A stretch of 37,912 nt of DNA, taken from Pseudomonadota bacterium (GTDB lineage: Bacteria; Bdellovibrionota_B; Oligoflexia; Oligoflexales; CAIMVM01). The translations under genes were made by a program, and so were the position numbers. The notes under the pieces were generated by a model. The model worked only from the letters and a program-made list of their open reading frames with translations, searched no databases and was not told the origin of the DNA. The DNA is taken from NCBI GenBank assembly GCA_037142195.1, contig JBAXBA010000032.1:1-37912 (forward strand). Direction: 5' to 3'. Within the stretch, counting starts at the first letter, position 1; each line of letters begins with the position of its first letter. Shown here piece by piece: positions 35,478 through 37,912 of this stretch.

Positions 35478-36233
35478 TTGGACACTGATAGCATCATTCT
35501 TAATTTAAAGAGCGACAAAGACTGCTTGTTTGACTCCGCAGATTGGCCCAAGCCCTTCGAGTTCAGCGAAGCCGTGGTTAGAGTATTTGATGATATGGTA
35601 TCAAGATCGGTACCTCTATATCGGGACGTAAATGAAAGCGTTCTTTTTTGGACACATTCCTATTACCAAAAAGATAGTACCATTGTAGATCTCGGTTGTT
35701 CTACGGGTACCACACTGGAAGTGATAGGAAGGCATTTTAAGAGCCCAATTAAAATGCTTGGTGTAGACACTTCCCAGCCTATGCTTGATGTAGCCCAAGA
35801 CAAACTTGCAAGTCTTTCTCACCGACACCAAATTGATTTTCTGCATTGTTCTCTTGAAGACGTTGAATTGCCCATGGCAAGTGTCATCATATTGAACTAT
35901 ACACTTCAGTTCATTCCCGTCAGAAAGCGCCTGCCTATACTCCAAAAGATATTCTCTGCCCTAAAGCCAGATGGAATTGTCTACATATCAGAAAAGATCC
36001 GCTATGATAATTTAGGGTTTCAAGAAACGACCAATCGCATTTATGAAAACTTTAAACACAGAGCTGGTTACTCAAAAAGCGAGATTGAACGTAAAAAAGA
36101 AGCGTTAGATCAAGTGCTAGTACCCATGACTATCGAACAACTTTCCGCCATGATCAAAGCAGCAGGATTTTCTGTTCAAGAGACGGTTTTGAAATGGAAC
36201 AACTTTGTATCCCTAGTTGCTCAAAAATCATGA
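35478..36233 (+). CDS. cmoA: Carboxy-S-adenosyl-L-methionine synthase CmoA
   Basis: FDDMVSRSVPLY, DLGCSTG, NYTLQF, SEK and FK..AGYSKSEI. Start is uncertain: TTG 35478 after GGGGG versus 35397 in the ORF track. Confidence 0.93.
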   Translation: MDTDSIILNLKSDKDCLFDSADWPKPFEFSEAVVRVFDDMVSRSVPLYRDVNESVLFWTHSYYQKDSTIVDLGCSTGTTLEVIGRHFKSPIKMLGVDTSQPMLDVAQDKLASLSHRHQIDFLHCSLEDVELPMASVIILNYTLQFIPVRKRLPILQKIFSALKPDGIVYISEKIRYDNLGFQETTNRIYENFKHRAGYSKSEIERKKEALDQVLVPMTIEQLSAMIKAAGFSVQETVLKWNNFVSLVAQKS

Positions 36234-37183
36234 AAGACTACTTAGATCTCCTTTCCATCAAAGATTCGCAAGATCAGATCAGGAAATTGCGGCAGGAGCG
36301 TTCTGCTTGGAGAAACGATCCTAAGCTTGCTTTGTATCGCAATGCTGTCGCTAGCGCTCCTTCTATCGAGGTCGCAACCAAAACATACAACGCGCCTGCA
36401 GTTTCTTTTCATTCCCCATTCAACTTGGACAATGACACGCGCAATCAGCTATTGGAATCTCTTGAAGCTTTTATTCCTTGGAAAAAAGGCCCCTTCTCAT
36501 TTTTTGGAATAGACGTAGACTCTGAGTGGCAGTCGCACTTAAAATGGGAACGTATACTCCCCCACATAAAGAGTCTTGAAGGAAAGCGCATCGCCGATAT
36601 TGGCTGTCACAATGGCTATTTTATGTACCGGATGCTACATGAAAATCCCGCCTTGGTCGTGGGGTTAGAACCGGTGGCAAAACATCTCCTAGCTTTTGAA
36701 CTCTTACAGACCTACGCAAAAGAGGACAAGCTCTTCTTTGAACTTCTAGGTGCCGAGCATATGCACCTTTATGAAAGATTCTTTGATAGGGTCTTTTGTT
36801 TAGGGATCTTGTATCACCATACGGACCCCATCGACCTTTTGAGAAAGATCCATTCATCACTTGCTACGGGAGGTCAGGTCATCATTGATTGCCAGGGGAT
36901 AGAAGGAGAAGATCCCGTCGCATTGATGCCCCAGTCTCGATATGCAAATGCAAAAGGTATATGGTGGTTGCCTACAAAAAGCTGCCTAGTCCATTGGCTT
37001 TCCCGCGCAAAGTTTCGAGATATTAATGTTTTCTACGCTGAAAAACTTACAACGGAGGAACAACGAACTACTAAATGGGCTCCCATAGATAGCTTAAGTT
37101 CTTTTCTCGATCCTTTAGATTCCAATTTGACGAAAGAAGGATACCCAGCCCCCTGGAGATTCTATGTTACCGCTACAAAATGA
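36230..37183 (+). CDS. cmoB: tRNA U34 carboxymethyltransferase CmoB
   Basis: PWKKGPF, DSEWQS..KW, DIGCHNGY, GILYHH and TKEGYPAP. ATGA overlap with cmoA. Confidence 0.94.
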   Translation: MKDYLDLLSIKDSQDQIRKLRQERSAWRNDPKLALYRNAVASAPSIEVATKTYNAPAVSFHSPFNLDNDTRNQLLESLEAFIPWKKGPFSFFGIDVDSEWQSHLKWERILPHIKSLEGKRIADIGCHNGYFMYRMLHENPALVVGLEPVAKHLLAFELLQTYAKEDKLFFELLGAEHMHLYERFFDRVFCLGILYHHTDPIDLLRKIHSSLATGGQVIIDCQGIEGEDPVALMPQSRYANAKGIWWLPTKSCLVHWLSRAKFRDINVFYAEKLTTEEQRTTKWAPIDSLSSFLDPLDSNLTKEGYPAPWRFYVTATK

Positions 37184-37281
37184 CTTTTTTCCAAAAAAAT
37201 AAATCTCTACTGCTCTTAAGTCATTTCACTTACTAATTCTAAAATAGTACTTAGATTTCTATAAAAGAATTTAATGTTTAA

Positions 37282-37912
37282 GTGAGTAGATCCCCAGATT
37301 ACTCTGGGAGACCCCTCCGCAGAACGGAGCGTGCGGATTTCCCGCACTCCGCTCCCGACTTAACGTTAGGCTTTCGCCTGGTTCGATGTGGGAAACAGGG
37401 ATTTTAGTGGCGGAATAGTTGGATAGTTCACGCGATCGAGCAGCCTCGTGACGCGCTCCCAGTTCCATCTCTTCTTTCCGCCTCGCCTATTGAACCATTT
37501 AAAGAGAATTCTCCTGCTTTCTCGAATAAAGCTGTTGACCTGCCTATGATTGTCCGAAACCGCATGATAGTTGATCCATCCTCTCACCACTGATTTGACT
37601 CGTTCGATCAAGAGTGGGGTGCTCGGAGTATTGCGGTTTTCTTTTAGGAACTTTCGTAACCCAACAAGTTTCGCTCGTTTCCTATCACTTCGGCTCTTGA
37701 CTTTAAGTCGCCAAAACTTACCGCTGGCTGAGAGTCCCCAGTAGCAGGTAAATCCGAGGAATTTGTAGGTAGGAATCCGAGTACCCGCTGCATGAGCCCG
37801 CGCTGCGGCTCTGTTCCCAGAAGGGAGCAGTCGCGATTTATCTTCATGCAACTCCAGGCCGTACTTGCTGAGGCGTTTTCCAAGGACTTGGTAGAACCTC
37901 TCAGCCTGGCTG
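37282..37912 (-). mobile_element. Group II intron, 3' portion (end of the RT ORF plus domains V and VI)
   Basis: Domain V GAGCGGAGTGCGGGAAATCCGCACGCTCCGTTC (37322-37354) has the AGC triad, GAAA loop and AC bulge. Domain VI GGGGTCTCCCAGAGTAATCTGGGGATCTACTC has a bulged A. 3' end ...CTCAC at about 37282 (+/-1). Confidence 0.93.
37366..37911 (-). CDS. ltrA: Group II intron reverse transcriptase/maturase, C-terminal part (RT6-7 and X domain; no endonuclease domain)
   Basis: The frame is open from the window edge: SQAERFYQVLGKRLSKYGLELHEDKSR, YKFLGFT, VVRGWINYH and KWFNRRG. The stop is about 10 nt before domain V. Confidence 0.92.
   Translation of the reverse strand, partial: SQAERFYQVLGKRLSKYGLELHEDKSRLLPSGNRAAARAHAAGTRIPTYKFLGFTCYWGLSASGKFWRLKVKSRSDRKRAKLVGLRKFLKENRNTPSTPLLIERVKSVVRGWINYHAVSDNHRQVNSFIRESRRILFKWFNRRGGKKRWNWERVTRLLDRVNYPTIPPLKSLFPTSNQAKA

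Noticed and set aside
37271..37468. 65-aa minus-strand ORF
   Set aside because: Alternative frame across the RT C-terminus and intron domains V and VI.

Overview
Bacterial chromosomal window. The gene style (PilM-PilN-type GspL, a GspN, PDZ-bearing GspC) suggests a Bdellovibrionota/Oligoflexia or deltaproteobacterial-type organism; this is inference. Positions 1-15177 (minus strand) hold a tightly coupled type II secretion cluster, aroK-gspC-gspC-gspD-E-F-G-H-I-J-K-L-M-N. It has two tandem GspC genes, a GspE with a degenerate MshEN-like N-terminus, and a gspD whose signal peptide is cut off by a frameshift in a G10 run. Next is a plus-strand three-gene operon: a crotonase, an unknown protein, and a protein with a CheZ-like DxxxQ motif and a GDVLLF tail. 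It is followed by a TGA-interrupted small Cys-rich ORF, a tRNA(CAT), rpoD with a ~200-aa Lys/Ala-rich N-terminal extension, and dnaG. The rest holds a stand-alone SpoT/Mesh1-like HD protein, yajQ, ychF, a Cys-rich secreted protein, a Fic gene with a diverged duplicate of its promoter and 5' end, a POT peptide transporter, tesA-ybbA-ybbP, a lipoprotein, cmoA-cmoB, and the 3' part of a group II intron. No CRISPR array, rRNA or transposase was seen. All calls rest on motifs read by eye; no database searches were run.
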